Origin: Candidatus Iainarchaeum sp.
GTDB taxonomy: Archaea; B1Sed10-29; WALL01
Assembly (NCBI GenBank): GCA_023129115.1
Contig: JAGMCR010000003.1
Location: forward strand, 96,001-160,000
Reading direction: 5' to 3'
Length of the DNA: 64,000 nucleotides
Each line of letters starts with the position of its first letter. The stretch's first letter is position 1. A program made the position numbers and the translations under genes. The notes below the pieces were generated by a model. The model ran no database searches, had not been told where the DNA came from, and saw nothing but the letters and a program-made list of their open reading frames with translations. This document shows, piece after piece, positions 17,193 to 26,355 of this stretch.

Positions 17193-20100
17193 GTGCTCAA
17201 GCAGTTGGGAATCGACAAGCTCAACCCCGTGCAGGAAGAGGCGCTAGCCACGCGGTTCATCGAGAACCGCACCAACCTCGTCGTTTCCTCACCAACCGGC
17301 TCGGGCAAAACCCTAATTTCTTTGCTTGCGGCTTTGGAAGTAATCAAACAAGGCAAGAAAGTATTGTACCTATGCCCCCTACGCGCGCTCGCCTCAGAGC
17401 ACTACGACACATTCAAAAAAGTTCCAGGCCTGAGGGTTGCCTTATCAACCGGCGATTTGGACTCTCGTGACCACCACTTACAAAACTATGACCTAATCAT
17501 CACTACAACAGAGAAAGCCGACTCCCTCATGCGCCACAAGTCCAAGTTCGTGCCAGGCGTCGGCCTCCTGGTCGCGGACGAAATACACCTGCTCGACACC
17601 AACCGCGGCGCTACGCTCGAGACCATCATCACGCGCTTCCGACAGCTCCTCCCCAAATGTCAAATCATCGCCCTCTCTGCCACGGTCCCGAACGCAAAAG
17701 AAATAGCGGACTGGCTCGGCGCAGAGCTCGTCGAGAGCGACTGGCGCCCCACCCGGCTTACCAAAGGGGTCTACTACGAAAACATTATCGAGACCGACGC
17801 CGGAACAATCGAGGTATCCTCGACAGCAAAAACGCCCGTCCTCCAATTGGTCGAGGACACCGTCGCCCGCGGCGGCCAATCGCTCGTGTTCGTGAACACG
17901 CGCCGCTCCGCAGTCGCCGAGGCCCGCCGCATCGCGTCAACACTCAACCTCAACAACGAAGACCTCGCCGACAAAATCCTTTCCGCGCTGGAGTCCCCCA
18001 CCCGCCAGTGCAAAGAACTGGCAGACATAGTCCGAAAGGGCGCCGCGTTCCACACCGCCGCCCTCGTCGCCGAACAAAGAAAGCTAATCGAGAGCGCCTT
18101 CCGCGAAGGAAAAATCAAGGCCATCGCCGCCACGCCCACTTTATGTTTACCTCCCGACACCAGAATTTTGCTGTCGGATGGTAGCTACACACCAATAAAA
18201 AAAGTTGGAGTTGGAATGTCAGTTAAATCCCTAGACCCCAAGACTCTTAAACTGGTTGACAATAAAGTTGTTTCAACAGGCAAACGAAAAACAAGTGGGT
18301 TGGTTAAACTAGTAACTCGAACAGGAAAAAAGATTGAGTTGACTAGTAATCACCCTATTTTGGTCAATGAGTTTGGAGAGCTCAAATGGATTCAAGCAGG
18401 TAAACTAACCAAAGACATGTGGGTGGCGACTCCTCGTCTAGTAGAAAAAGATCCTGTTGACGTGTTTACTTTGGATGTTCTTCCGCATGATAAATTAAAA
18501 GTAATTGGTTCTGAGAGAGTGTTTGGACGGGTGGTTGATTCTCTTTTACCTACATATAAAACAAAGAAAACGATGTATGAGCGTTACGGTATAAATGAGA
18601 ATAGTTTTTTCAATTACTTGCGGGGGAAGACATCCATTCCTTTAGATCTGTTATTGGGCATGGCTGAGGATGCGGGTCTTAAACAAGAGGGAGTGTACAA
18701 GGGAATAAAGAGGGTGCTTTATTCTAGGTCGCCACATCTGAAAGACGCTTTAAGGCTACCTCTCTATATCAATAAAGACTTGGTCAAATTCATAGCTTAT
18801 ATGCTTGCTGATGGTTCTGTTTCGAGAAAACTGTCGTGGTGGGTGGGTCATTCTTATGTTATTTCTTTTACTTCATCAGATAAAGCAAAAATAAAGGAAT
18901 TTCAAGCGGTTGTCCGCAGAGTGTTTGGCTTGAACAGTAAAGTGGTAGAAAGTTATTTTGATGATGGGGTCTCACACGTGAGGATTACATCAAAAACTCT
19001 TGGTTTGTTGCTTGAATGTTTTGGGGTCACCCCGGGAAGAAAAGCACACATCATAAGGATTTGCCCGTTTTTTTTCTCTTTGTCAAACGAGTTGATTTTA
19101 GAATTCATCTTTTCTTTGATTGAATGTGATGGTTGTTTCAGGGTTCAGGATAATGCCATAGAATATTATACCTCAAGCAAAGATTTTGCCACAGACCTAC
19201 AATCATTATTACTGAGCCAGGGGGTCATCTCTTCCATTTATCTGAAGAAAAATGATGGGGTCCGAGAGTTCCATAACCAGTTTATTGTTGCCAAGCACCC
19301 GCATTACCGTTTAGTGATAACTGGCAAGTCCGCAAAAAGATTGTTTAATCGTTTTGGAATTAAGACCAATCAAACAAAGACAACTTATGAAAAAGACCAG
19401 ATTCCCCTGTCCATGAAGCTGCTTGAATTAAGAAAGAAACTTGGTATCTCAACATATGAAGCAAGGCAGTTGTCTGGTGTAGATTTTTGGGTTGCTGAGA
19501 ACACACATAGAGTACTGACAAGAAAGACGGTGAAGAAAATTTGTTCAGTTCCCGCGTTAAGTTCGCCACCATTAGACGACATAAAAAGATTGGCGTTCTC
19601 CGATATTTACTGGGAAGAAATAAAAGATATCACTAAACAAAAAAAGAAAACAGATGTTTTTGATTTAAGTGTTGAATCAACCCATAGTTTCGTAGCTAAT
19701 AACATTATTGTTCATAACTCAATGGGCGTTAATTTACCAGCGGACACTGTAATCGTCCGCGACCTCTCCCGCTACACCGAGAACGGCCTCTCCCCAATCA
19801 GCGTGCGCGAGTACCTCCAGATGTGCGGCCGCGCGGGCCGCCCCAACTACAGCAAGGACGGACTCTCGGTCTGCGTCGCCAAGGACCTCGCCGACAAGGA
19901 CACATTCTTTTCCGACTATGTCATGGGCAAGCCCGAAAAAGTGTATTCCCAATTGGGGTTCGAGCCCGTGCTCCGCACCCAGCTCCTCGCGAGCATCGCG
20001 GTCGGCTTCACGCCGACGCGCAAGAAGCTCGACGAATTCCTCCTCAATTCCTTTTACGCCTTCCAGTACGGCGAAATCGACTCCATCCGCCGCAAGGCAG

Positions 20101-20849
20101 ACGGCATCCTCCGCGAGCTCGAGGACTGGGGCTTCGTCACAACTGGCAACCACCTCCTGCCAACCCCGCTCGGCCGCCGCGTCTCCGAGCTCTACCTAGA
20201 CCCCTTCTCTGCCTACACAATCCTGAAGGCGCTCCGCGAGCGCTCGATGGGCGAGCTCGGGCTCTTGTACATGCTCACGGCGACGGACGAGCTCCGCCCC
20301 TACCTGCGCGCCCGGTCTGGCGAGGAGTCCACCCTGTGGGCCAATGCCTATTCCCACGAAAAGGAACTGGGGATTGACTGTGTGAACGTGGGGTTCGAGG
20401 ACTACAACTTCCTTGACAAGTACAAGACCACCTTACTCCTCCGCGACTGGCTCGAGGAATTGCACGAGGACTCCTTGCTGGAAAAGTACGGCGTGGCGCC
20501 GGGCATCCTCCGCGCCAAATTGTCGAACTGGAACTGGGTTTCCTATGCAGCCATCGAGCTGGCCAAGCTCGAGCACCTCCCACTAAAGGAGCTCCGGCGC
20601 GTGGAGCGCCGCATCAAGTACGGCGTGCGCGGCGAATTACTCCCGCTGGTAGAGCTAAAGAACATCGGTCGCGTGCGCGCACGCAAATTGTTCAGTGCTT
20701 CCATAAAGTCTATCCCGGACCTGGAAAAGATGCCTGCGCAGGACTTGGCGCGCGTCCTTGGCCCGCGCGTCGCCGTGTCAGTAAAGAAGCAGCTGGGCGA
20801 GGAGGTCTCGCTGTCCACGCCCAGGTCCGCCCAGTCAAAACTGGAATAA
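17193..20849 (+). CDS. hel308: Ski2-like DNA helicase Hel308/Hjm containing an intein
   Basis: PTGSGKT, DEIH, SAT, QMCGRAGRP; C-terminal IGRVRARKL HhH; motif V split by intein. Confidence 0.93.
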   Translation: MLKQLGIDKLNPVQEEALATRFIENRTNLVVSSPTGSGKTLISLLAALEVIKQGKKVLYLCPLRALASEHYDTFKKVPGLRVALSTGDLDSRDHHLQNYDLIITTTEKADSLMRHKSKFVPGVGLLVADEIHLLDTNRGATLETIITRFRQLLPKCQIIALSATVPNAKEIADWLGAELVESDWRPTRLTKGVYYENIIETDAGTIEVSSTAKTPVLQLVEDTVARGGQSLVFVNTRRSAVAEARRIASTLNLNNEDLADKILSALESPTRQCKELADIVRKGAAFHTAALVAEQRKLIESAFREGKIKAIAATPTLCLPPDTRILLSDGSYTPIKKVGVGMSVKSLDPKTLKLVDNKVVSTGKRKTSGLVKLVTRTGKKIELTSNHPILVNEFGELKWIQAGKLTKDMWVATPRLVEKDPVDVFTLDVLPHDKLKVIGSERVFGRVVDSLLPTYKTKKTMYERYGINENSFFNYLRGKTSIPLDLLLGMAEDAGLKQEGVYKGIKRVLYSRSPHLKDALRLPLYINKDLVKFIAYMLADGSVSRKLSWWVGHSYVISFTSSDKAKIKEFQAVVRRVFGLNSKVVESYFDDGVSHVRITSKTLGLLLECFGVTPGRKAHIIRICPFFFSLSNELILEFIFSLIECDGCFRVQDNAIEYYTSSKDFATDLQSLLLSQGVISSIYLKKNDGVREFHNQFIVAKHPHYRLVITGKSAKRLFNRFGIKTNQTKTTYEKDQIPLSMKLLELRKKLGISTYEARQLSGVDFWVAENTHRVLTRKTVKKICSVPALSSPPLDDIKRLAFSDIYWEEIKDITKQKKKTDVFDLSVESTHSFVANNIIVHNSMGVNLPADTVIVRDLSRYTENGLSPISVREYLQMCGRAGRPNYSKDGLSVCVAKDLADKDTFFSDYVMGKPEKVYSQLGFEPVLRTQLLASIAVGFTPTRKKLDEFLLNSFYAFQYGEIDSIRRKADGILRELEDWGFVTTGNHLLPTPLGRRVSELYLDPFSAYTILKALRERSMGELGLLYMLTATDELRPYLRARSGEESTLWANAYSHEKELGIDCVNVGFEDYNFLDKYKTTLLLRDWLEELHEDSLLEKYGVAPGILRAKLSNWNWVSYAAIELAKLEHLPLKELRRVERRIKYGVRGELLPLVELKNIGRVRARKLFSASIKSIPDLEKMPAQDLARVLGPRVAVSVKKQLGEEVSLSTPRSAQSKLE
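18144..19718 (+). mobile_element. Intein (525 aa) with LAGLIDADG endonuclease in Hel308
   Basis: TPTL/CLPPDT ... IIVHN/SMGVNLP junctions; block B TSNHP; AYMLADGS and SLIECDG; sharp drop in GC. Confidence 0.93.
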
Positions 20850-20879
20850 TTATATACTCCAGCATTCCCTATTAGTGCG

Positions 20880-21227
20880 ATGTTCCAGTGGATTACTTTT
20901 GGGAAGGTCAAGTACGACAACAGCGTGTTCAGCCAGGACATCGTGATTTCGACTGACGGCGACGTCTACCAGCGCCAGGCGGGCGACCCGCTGAGGGTGA
21001 CTGCCGAGGAGCTTGACGCGAGCATCGACAGCAACACCAAGACAGTTGTCGTCGGCACGGGCCATTACGACATAGTCAAGCTAACCCCCGAGGCCATGAG
21101 CTACCTGAAGGACATGAAGATTGACCTCGTGGAAAAGCACACCCCTGAAGCGATTGACTACTACAACAAGCGCATGAAGGTCAAGGGCCGCAAGCCCGCC
21201 ATAACCGCGATTATCCACGTGAAGTAA
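20880..21227 (+). CDS. Mth938-like (DUF498) protein
   Basis: FG...VVVGTG...TPEAIDYYN...AIIH. Confidence 0.82.
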   Translation: MFQWITFGKVKYDNSVFSQDIVISTDGDVYQRQAGDPLRVTAEELDASIDSNTKTVVVGTGHYDIVKLTPEAMSYLKDMKIDLVEKHTPEAIDYYNKRMKVKGRKPAITAIIHVK

Positions 21228-21228
21228 A

Positions 21229-21567
21229 ATGTTCGACTCTTTTTCCTTTGGCTGTATTACCTGGGACGGCGAGGCCTGCCACTACGACGTCGTGGTCGCC
21301 AACTCCCAACTCCGCGAGCGCGGCCCCCGGCCAGAAAACCACTTGCTCGAGGCAGCCGAACTCCAGAACTACCTCACCCCAAACACAAAAAAAGTGATTG
21401 TCGGCACCGGCGCGTCTGGAGTCCTGCAGGTAGCCGACGATGCGAAGCAGTTGATGAAAGAAAAAGAAATAGAATTACTTGCGTTTCCGAGCGCCGAGGC
21501 AATCCAGCTCTACAACAAAGAAGCAGACAAAGCCACCGTGGTCGCGGTCATCCACTCTACTTGCTAG
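21229..21567 (+). CDS. Mth938-like (DUF498) protein, tandem paralog
   Basis: FDSFSFG...IVGTGASG...EAIQLYN...IHSTC. Confidence 0.85.
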   Translation: MFDSFSFGCITWDGEACHYDVVVANSQLRERGPRPENHLLEAAELQNYLTPNTKKVIVGTGASGVLQVADDAKQLMKEKEIELLAFPSAEAIQLYNKEADKATVVAVIHSTC

Positions 21568-21603
21568 GCAGCACAAACTTGAGCGTGGCTTGACGAAGTA
21601 AAC

Positions 21604-23385
21604 CTATTCTTCAGGGGAAGGACGCTGTTCCAGAAATTCCTTGAATGGCCCCTTCTTTTTTGAGAGCTCGTTGAATTTGCCTTCTTGGACAATCCTGCCT
21701 TTGTCAAAAACAACGACCCTGTCGCAGTTCTTTAGGGTTGTCAAGCGGTGGGCAATGGTTATCATAGTCTTGTCTGAAAATATTTTTTCGAGGTTTCTTT
21801 GGATTATCACTTCGTTTGTATTGTCCAATGCAGAAGTCGCCTCGTCAAAGATTAGGACATCAGGTGACTGAAGAATAAGCCGTGCCAATGCAAGCCGTTG
21901 TTTTTGGCCGCCACTTAGGTTGTTTCCGTTTTCTGCGACTCTTCCACCAAACCCGCCAAGTTTGTTTTTAATTTCATTATAAATATTGGCTTTTTTAGCA
22001 GCGTTAACCAAGTCTTCCTGATTTACTCTTCTTGAGCATCCGTACGTAATATTTTCTTTTATTGTTCCAGAAAATACGTAAGTCTTTTGTGGGATGTAGG
22101 CAATCCGCTCCGCGATTTCTTTCCTGGTCAATGACTTCAGGTCTTTCCCAAGGAGGGATATCCACCCACTATAACTATGAATTAACCTAAGCAGAATCTT
22201 GACAAACGTTGTCTTGCCACAGCCGGATGCACCCACGACCCCAATTTTTTCCCCCCGCTTTATCTTGATGTTCACGTTGTTTAAGACATTATCAGACTTG
22301 TTGGAATAAGCAAATGAAACGTTTTTCAGCTCCAGAACATCAGCGGATTCTTTTGATTGCTGGGGGATTGCCTTGAACGATTCGTCCAGTGGCTGTGTTA
22401 TTAAGCCGTGCAAGTCCATTACTTTGATGGAGCTTTCGTGGGCCTCATCCAGTATCCTATGAACCTCCCTCAGCGGCCGGATAACACTTACAAACAGGAT
22501 GGAGTAAGTGAGTATGTCACCCTTTGTGATGATTCCGTTCACAGCAAAATAAATTGAAATGCTGACAACCAGCACGTAGAAAAAGGCTTCATTCAAATAT
22601 TTGGCGGCGTCGTACAGCGCCATCCAGATGTGGTGCCCTATCTCTATTTTTCTTAGTTTTTCGGCGATGTTTTCCACTTTTTTGACTTCTAACTCACCAG
22701 TGTTCGCTACCCGGATTGTTTCCAATCCCCCCATCATTTCGACGACTTTCCCATCAATCTGTTCTTTGCCCCGCAATAAAGCCACTCTAATGCCTTTTTG
22801 GGAAGAGATTTGCTTGATTACGATGAATAAACCCATGGGCACCACTAGAATCATGAAAGAGGCAAGCAACGGTTTTTGGTAGAAAGCTATTCCAAGAGCC
22901 GCCAGGGCAGAAAAAAAGACGGGGAAAAAGTCCAGAAACCCGAGCTTAAGCAGTTTGATGAGGCCTTGTATTGAACGGAATATCTTGCCGTGCAATGCCC
23001 CAATTTGATATTTGTTGATGAATTCGTTAATGTCTGTTTTTAGCAGCCGGCTAATCACCCTCACAGTCAGTTTCTTTTCAGTTTGTGTTGCTACGTTCTC
23101 CACCAAATATTTTCGGATGACCGTTAAAACTGCGTGGAAAAATATTATCGCAATAACCATCACTAAGAATGGAACCGCCATTTCAAAAGATGGGGCTTCC
23201 AACACAATCATCTCGTCAACAAATTTGCCGAGGATTACAGCCGGGAGGTTTGTCAAGAAACCAGTGACGAGCATTATTGCTGTGGCAAGAAACAAGGACC
23301 GTTTTTCTTTTTTGTCCATCAATTGAGATACTGTGCTAAAGCCCCGCCGTATCTCCCGGAATTCTTTGAACAATCCCGCCATCAC
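21604..23385 (-). CDS. ABC transporter, fused permease/ATPase (exporter type)
   Basis: TM domain plus GASGCGKT, LSGGQKQR, DEATSALD, IAHRL; low GC. Confidence 0.92.
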   Translation of the reverse strand: MMAGLFKEFREIRRGFSTVSQLMDKKEKRSLFLATAIMLVTGFLTNLPAVILGKFVDEMIVLEAPSFEMAVPFLVMVIAIIFFHAVLTVIRKYLVENVATQTEKKLTVRVISRLLKTDINEFINKYQIGALHGKIFRSIQGLIKLLKLGFLDFFPVFFSALAALGIAFYQKPLLASFMILVVPMGLFIVIKQISSQKGIRVALLRGKEQIDGKVVEMMGGLETIRVANTGELEVKKVENIAEKLRKIEIGHHIWMALYDAAKYLNEAFFYVLVVSISIYFAVNGIITKGDILTYSILFVSVIRPLREVHRILDEAHESSIKVMDLHGLITQPLDESFKAIPQQSKESADVLELKNVSFAYSNKSDNVLNNVNIKIKRGEKIGVVGASGCGKTTFVKILLRLIHSYSGWISLLGKDLKSLTRKEIAERIAYIPQKTYVFSGTIKENITYGCSRRVNQEDLVNAAKKANIYNEIKNKLGGFGGRVAENGNNLSGGQKQRLALARLILQSPDVLIFDEATSALDNTNEVIIQRNLEKIFSDKTMITIAHRLTTLKNCDRVVVFDKGRIVQEGKFNELSKKKGPFKEFLEQRPSPEE

Positions 23386-24572
23386 GCAAACCTCTTCTCG
23401 ACCGCTGCCTTGACTTTTCCGGGCGGGAAGGACAATTTAATCAGCCTCGTGTTCCCCCGTATCCCTGGCCCGCTCATGGTCATCGTAATCAATCCCATCA
23501 TGTCGAGCTCGTTGAGGTATTCCCTGAACCACCTCGCGCTCCTCGCCATGGTCTTCCACTTCTTGCACAGGCTTTCGTAGCCCTCATACGCTTCTCCGGA
23601 AAACAGCAGCCGCTCCCCGTTGTCGGTCAGCCTCCGGTACTTGCTCCCCTCCGCAGTAAGGTTGGCAATCGCGTAGAGCACGATGCTCTGGTGCTCGGGC
23701 AGCGTGTTAATCAGCTCAATGACAATGTCTTCCTCGACCGCGCTCCTCGCCTTCTTCACGTACTCTTCAGTCGCTTTCGTGTCCTGTGCGTCAGCGAACT
23801 CGCCCGCCTTCAGCAGGAGCCGCAGCGCGTACCTCGCGTCGCCGCTTTCCTGCGCGGCGAACGCGGCGGCCAAGCCAATCGCGCCGTCTGTGATGTAGCC
23901 TTTCCTGAACCCTTCTTTCGCGCGGTCGGCGAGTATGGCGCTCAATTGCTCCGCGTTGTACGGCGCGAAGACCATTTCGTCCTGGCACAGCGTCGACTTG
24001 CTCCTCGGGTCAAGCTTTTCCTTGAAGTTAATCTTGTTGCTTATCCCGACCAGCGCGATGTGCCCCTTCTTCAAATCATCATTCGCACGCGTCAGCGCGT
24101 ACACCAGGTCGTCCAGATCTTTTACCTTGTCGATTTCGTCCAGCACCACGATGAAGACAAGCCCCTTGTCGACGTATTCCACGAACTTTTCGTAGAGGTG
24201 CGTGGACGACAGCCCGAGGAAGCTCTCGTTCGGCTCGGCGCGCTGCGCGAGCTTCAGCAGGACCTGGTACTTCGTGTTGTGCGTCCTGCAGTTCAGGTAA
24301 ATCGAGTCGACCTGTGCCTCGTACTTTTTCTTGGTCTCGTCGAGCTTTTCCATAACGTGCTTCACGACCGCCGTTTTTCCAACCCCGGTCTTCCCGTACA
24401 GGAAAAGGTTCGACGGCCTCTTCTGCGAGAGCGCTGGGGCGATGACCTTCATCACCTTGGTTATCTCTTCCTCCCGGTACGGCAGCTGGTCCGGCAGGTA
24501 GTGCGGGCTGAGAACGTTCCTGTCCTCAAAAATAGTTGAGCGGTTGATCTCTTTCTCGAACAGGTTTTCCAT
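23382..24572 (-). CDS. cdc6: Orc1/Cdc6 replication initiator
   Basis: GKTGVGKT, VLDEID, GDARYAL, C-terminal wHTH. Confidence 0.95.
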   Translation of the reverse strand: MENLFEKEINRSTIFEDRNVLSPHYLPDQLPYREEEITKVMKVIAPALSQKRPSNLFLYGKTGVGKTAVVKHVMEKLDETKKKYEAQVDSIYLNCRTHNTKYQVLLKLAQRAEPNESFLGLSSTHLYEKFVEYVDKGLVFIVVLDEIDKVKDLDDLVYALTRANDDLKKGHIALVGISNKINFKEKLDPRSKSTLCQDEMVFAPYNAEQLSAILADRAKEGFRKGYITDGAIGLAAAFAAQESGDARYALRLLLKAGEFADAQDTKATEEYVKKARSAVEEDIVIELINTLPEHQSIVLYAIANLTAEGSKYRRLTDNGERLLFSGEAYEGYESLCKKWKTMARSARWFREYLNELDMMGLITMTMSGPGIRGNTRLIKLSFPPGKVKAAVEKRFA

Positions 24573-24714
24573 CCCGGCACCTCGCGGCTGACGATTATGG
24601 GAAGTGCCCTTTATAATGTTTTCTTCCGGTATTTTTTTGCATTAAACAGAGGCTTTTTATTACCCAAAAATTATAATCGGTCTTGCTTTTCAAGCTGTTA
24701 ATGGAGGCTTACGA

Positions 24715-25074
24715 ATGGTGGGATTTCTTAAAAAACTAACTGGCACGCCTGGTGCCGAGGAAACGGAAGTCGAGGAGTATTTGGACACACTCGGCCTAGA
24801 GAACGAGGACTTCATGGAAGAAGAGGCGGACGTGTGGATCAAGCCATTCATCCTTGAGGACGTTGGCGATGCCACTGTTGTTCAGGACGAGCTGAGCAAC
24901 GGGAACATTGTGCTGCTTAACATCGAGCCCCTCATGAAGAGGAATGCCATCAAGCTGAAGCAGACAGTCAACAAAATAAAGAACGCGGCTAAGTCGCTTG
25001 ATGGGGACATCGCGAGGCTCAGCGAGTACAAGCTCCTCGTGACGCCCAAGGGCATCAAGGTTTCGCGGAAGTAG
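24715..25074 (+). CDS. sepF: Cell division protein SepF
   Basis: GNIVLLNI...GDIARL...LLVTPKGIKV. Confidence 0.85.
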   Translation: MVGFLKKLTGTPGAEETEVEEYLDTLGLENEDFMEEEADVWIKPFILEDVGDATVVQDELSNGNIVLLNIEPLMKRNAIKLKQTVNKIKNAAKSLDGDIARLSEYKLLVTPKGIKVSRK

Positions 25075-25080
25075 AGGCCA

Positions 25081-25842
25081 ATGCTTCTGGACGCGCCCGC
25101 GCTTCAGGTGCGATACACCCTTAAGGACATTCTTGGCATCGTGGAGAGCGTTCTCAAGAGCCGCCACTGGCGCAAGTTCGACATCGAGAGCACTAGCCTT
25201 GTCTATGTCCCTCACTGGTTCTTCAACTTCGACGTCTACCAGGAGGCCGAGGGCAAGTCCCAAACTTACGCCTCCCAGATGGCAATCGACGCGGTCACGG
25301 GCAAGCTTAACCCGCTTATCGTCCAGATAATGCAGAGCGTGCCGACGAAGCGCGAGCGCGAGACCACGCACGGCATCGAGTGCGAGGCCCGGATCCCATC
25401 GGTCCAGAATAAAGAGGTCAAGGACATAGCGGCCATAAAGGTCGCGGGCGAGATGAACCTGTCCAAGGAAGTCGTTACCGTCACGGGGGTGAACCTGCTT
25501 TACATCCCGTACTGGCAGGTGTGGATCCGCCTGCCGAGCGGCACGAAGCGCATTGACCTCGACGCAATCTCTGGCTCCCCGGTGTTCATTTCCGACGTGC
25601 CGGAGCGGGAGCGCGGCTCAATCGAGGTCACGATGGACATGCTGGAGGACCTCAAGACCCCCGCGGGCTGGGTCGACTACTCCAAGAAGGCCTTCGACTG
25701 GGGCTTTGGCGCTGCGGCGACCGCGGGCCAGGGCATCATGGGCAGTATTGCGCCCTGGATGCTCGGCACCCGCGTCGGCCAGTACACGCTCCTGGGCCTC
25801 GTAATACTGTTTCTCGTCATCTATTACTTCTACCTAGGCTAA
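25081..25842 (+). CDS. Hypothetical protein with C-terminal TM helix
   Basis: Internally duplicated LxYxP(H/Y)W...DAxxG motif; co-oriented with sepF. Confidence 0.7.
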   Translation: MLLDAPALQVRYTLKDILGIVESVLKSRHWRKFDIESTSLVYVPHWFFNFDVYQEAEGKSQTYASQMAIDAVTGKLNPLIVQIMQSVPTKRERETTHGIECEARIPSVQNKEVKDIAAIKVAGEMNLSKEVVTVTGVNLLYIPYWQVWIRLPSGTKRIDLDAISGSPVFISDVPERERGSIEVTMDMLEDLKTPAGWVDYSKKAFDWGFGAAATAGQGIMGSIAPWMLGTRVGQYTLLGLVILFLVIYYFYLG

Positions 25843-25881
25843 GGCGTAACTATTTTATAGTCCCCCTGTGTTGCCCCACCT

Positions 25882-26355
25882 ATGGGCAAATGTGTGTTCT
25901 GTGACCTCAAGAAGGACGACGTAATCTACGCAAATGATGCCTTCCGCTCAACGTTCGACGCATTCCCGGTCTCCCCGGGCCACTCCCTCGTCATTCCGAA
26001 CCGGCACGTCACAACCATCGCCGAGCTGAAGGACGGCGAGTGGGCGCTGCTGAAGCCCGCAATCCTGAAGACCATCATGGTAATCGAGTCAACGGACTTC
26101 AGCGAGTTCTACAGCGGGTTCATCCACACGCCCGACGAGAAGACAGCTGTCTTTTCCGGCAAGATGCTTGAGCACACCGGCATAAGCAAGAAGCCGGACG
26201 GCTACAACATTGGCGTGAACCTTGGGCCTGCCGCGGGCCAGACAATCGAGCACCTGCATCTGCACATAATCCCGCGCTACCTCGGCGACACCGAGGCGCC
26301 AGCCGGGGGCATCCGGCAGATAGTGCCCGAGCTTGGGGACTACACAAAGCTCTAG
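25882..26355 (+). CDS. HIT family hydrolase
   Basis: CVFC, PVSPGHSLVIP, AGQTIEHLHLHIIPR. Confidence 0.92.
   Translation: MGKCVFCDLKKDDVIYANDAFRSTFDAFPVSPGHSLVIPNRHVTTIAELKDGEWALLKPAILKTIMVIESTDFSEFYSGFIHTPDEKTAVFSGKMLEHTGISKKPDGYNIGVNLGPAAGQTIEHLHLHIIPRYLGDTEAPAGGIRQIVPELGDYTKL

Noticed and set aside
24573-24714. Canonical ORB-containing oriC next to cdc6
   Set aside because: Short divergent promoter gap with no recognisable repeated ORB or G-string
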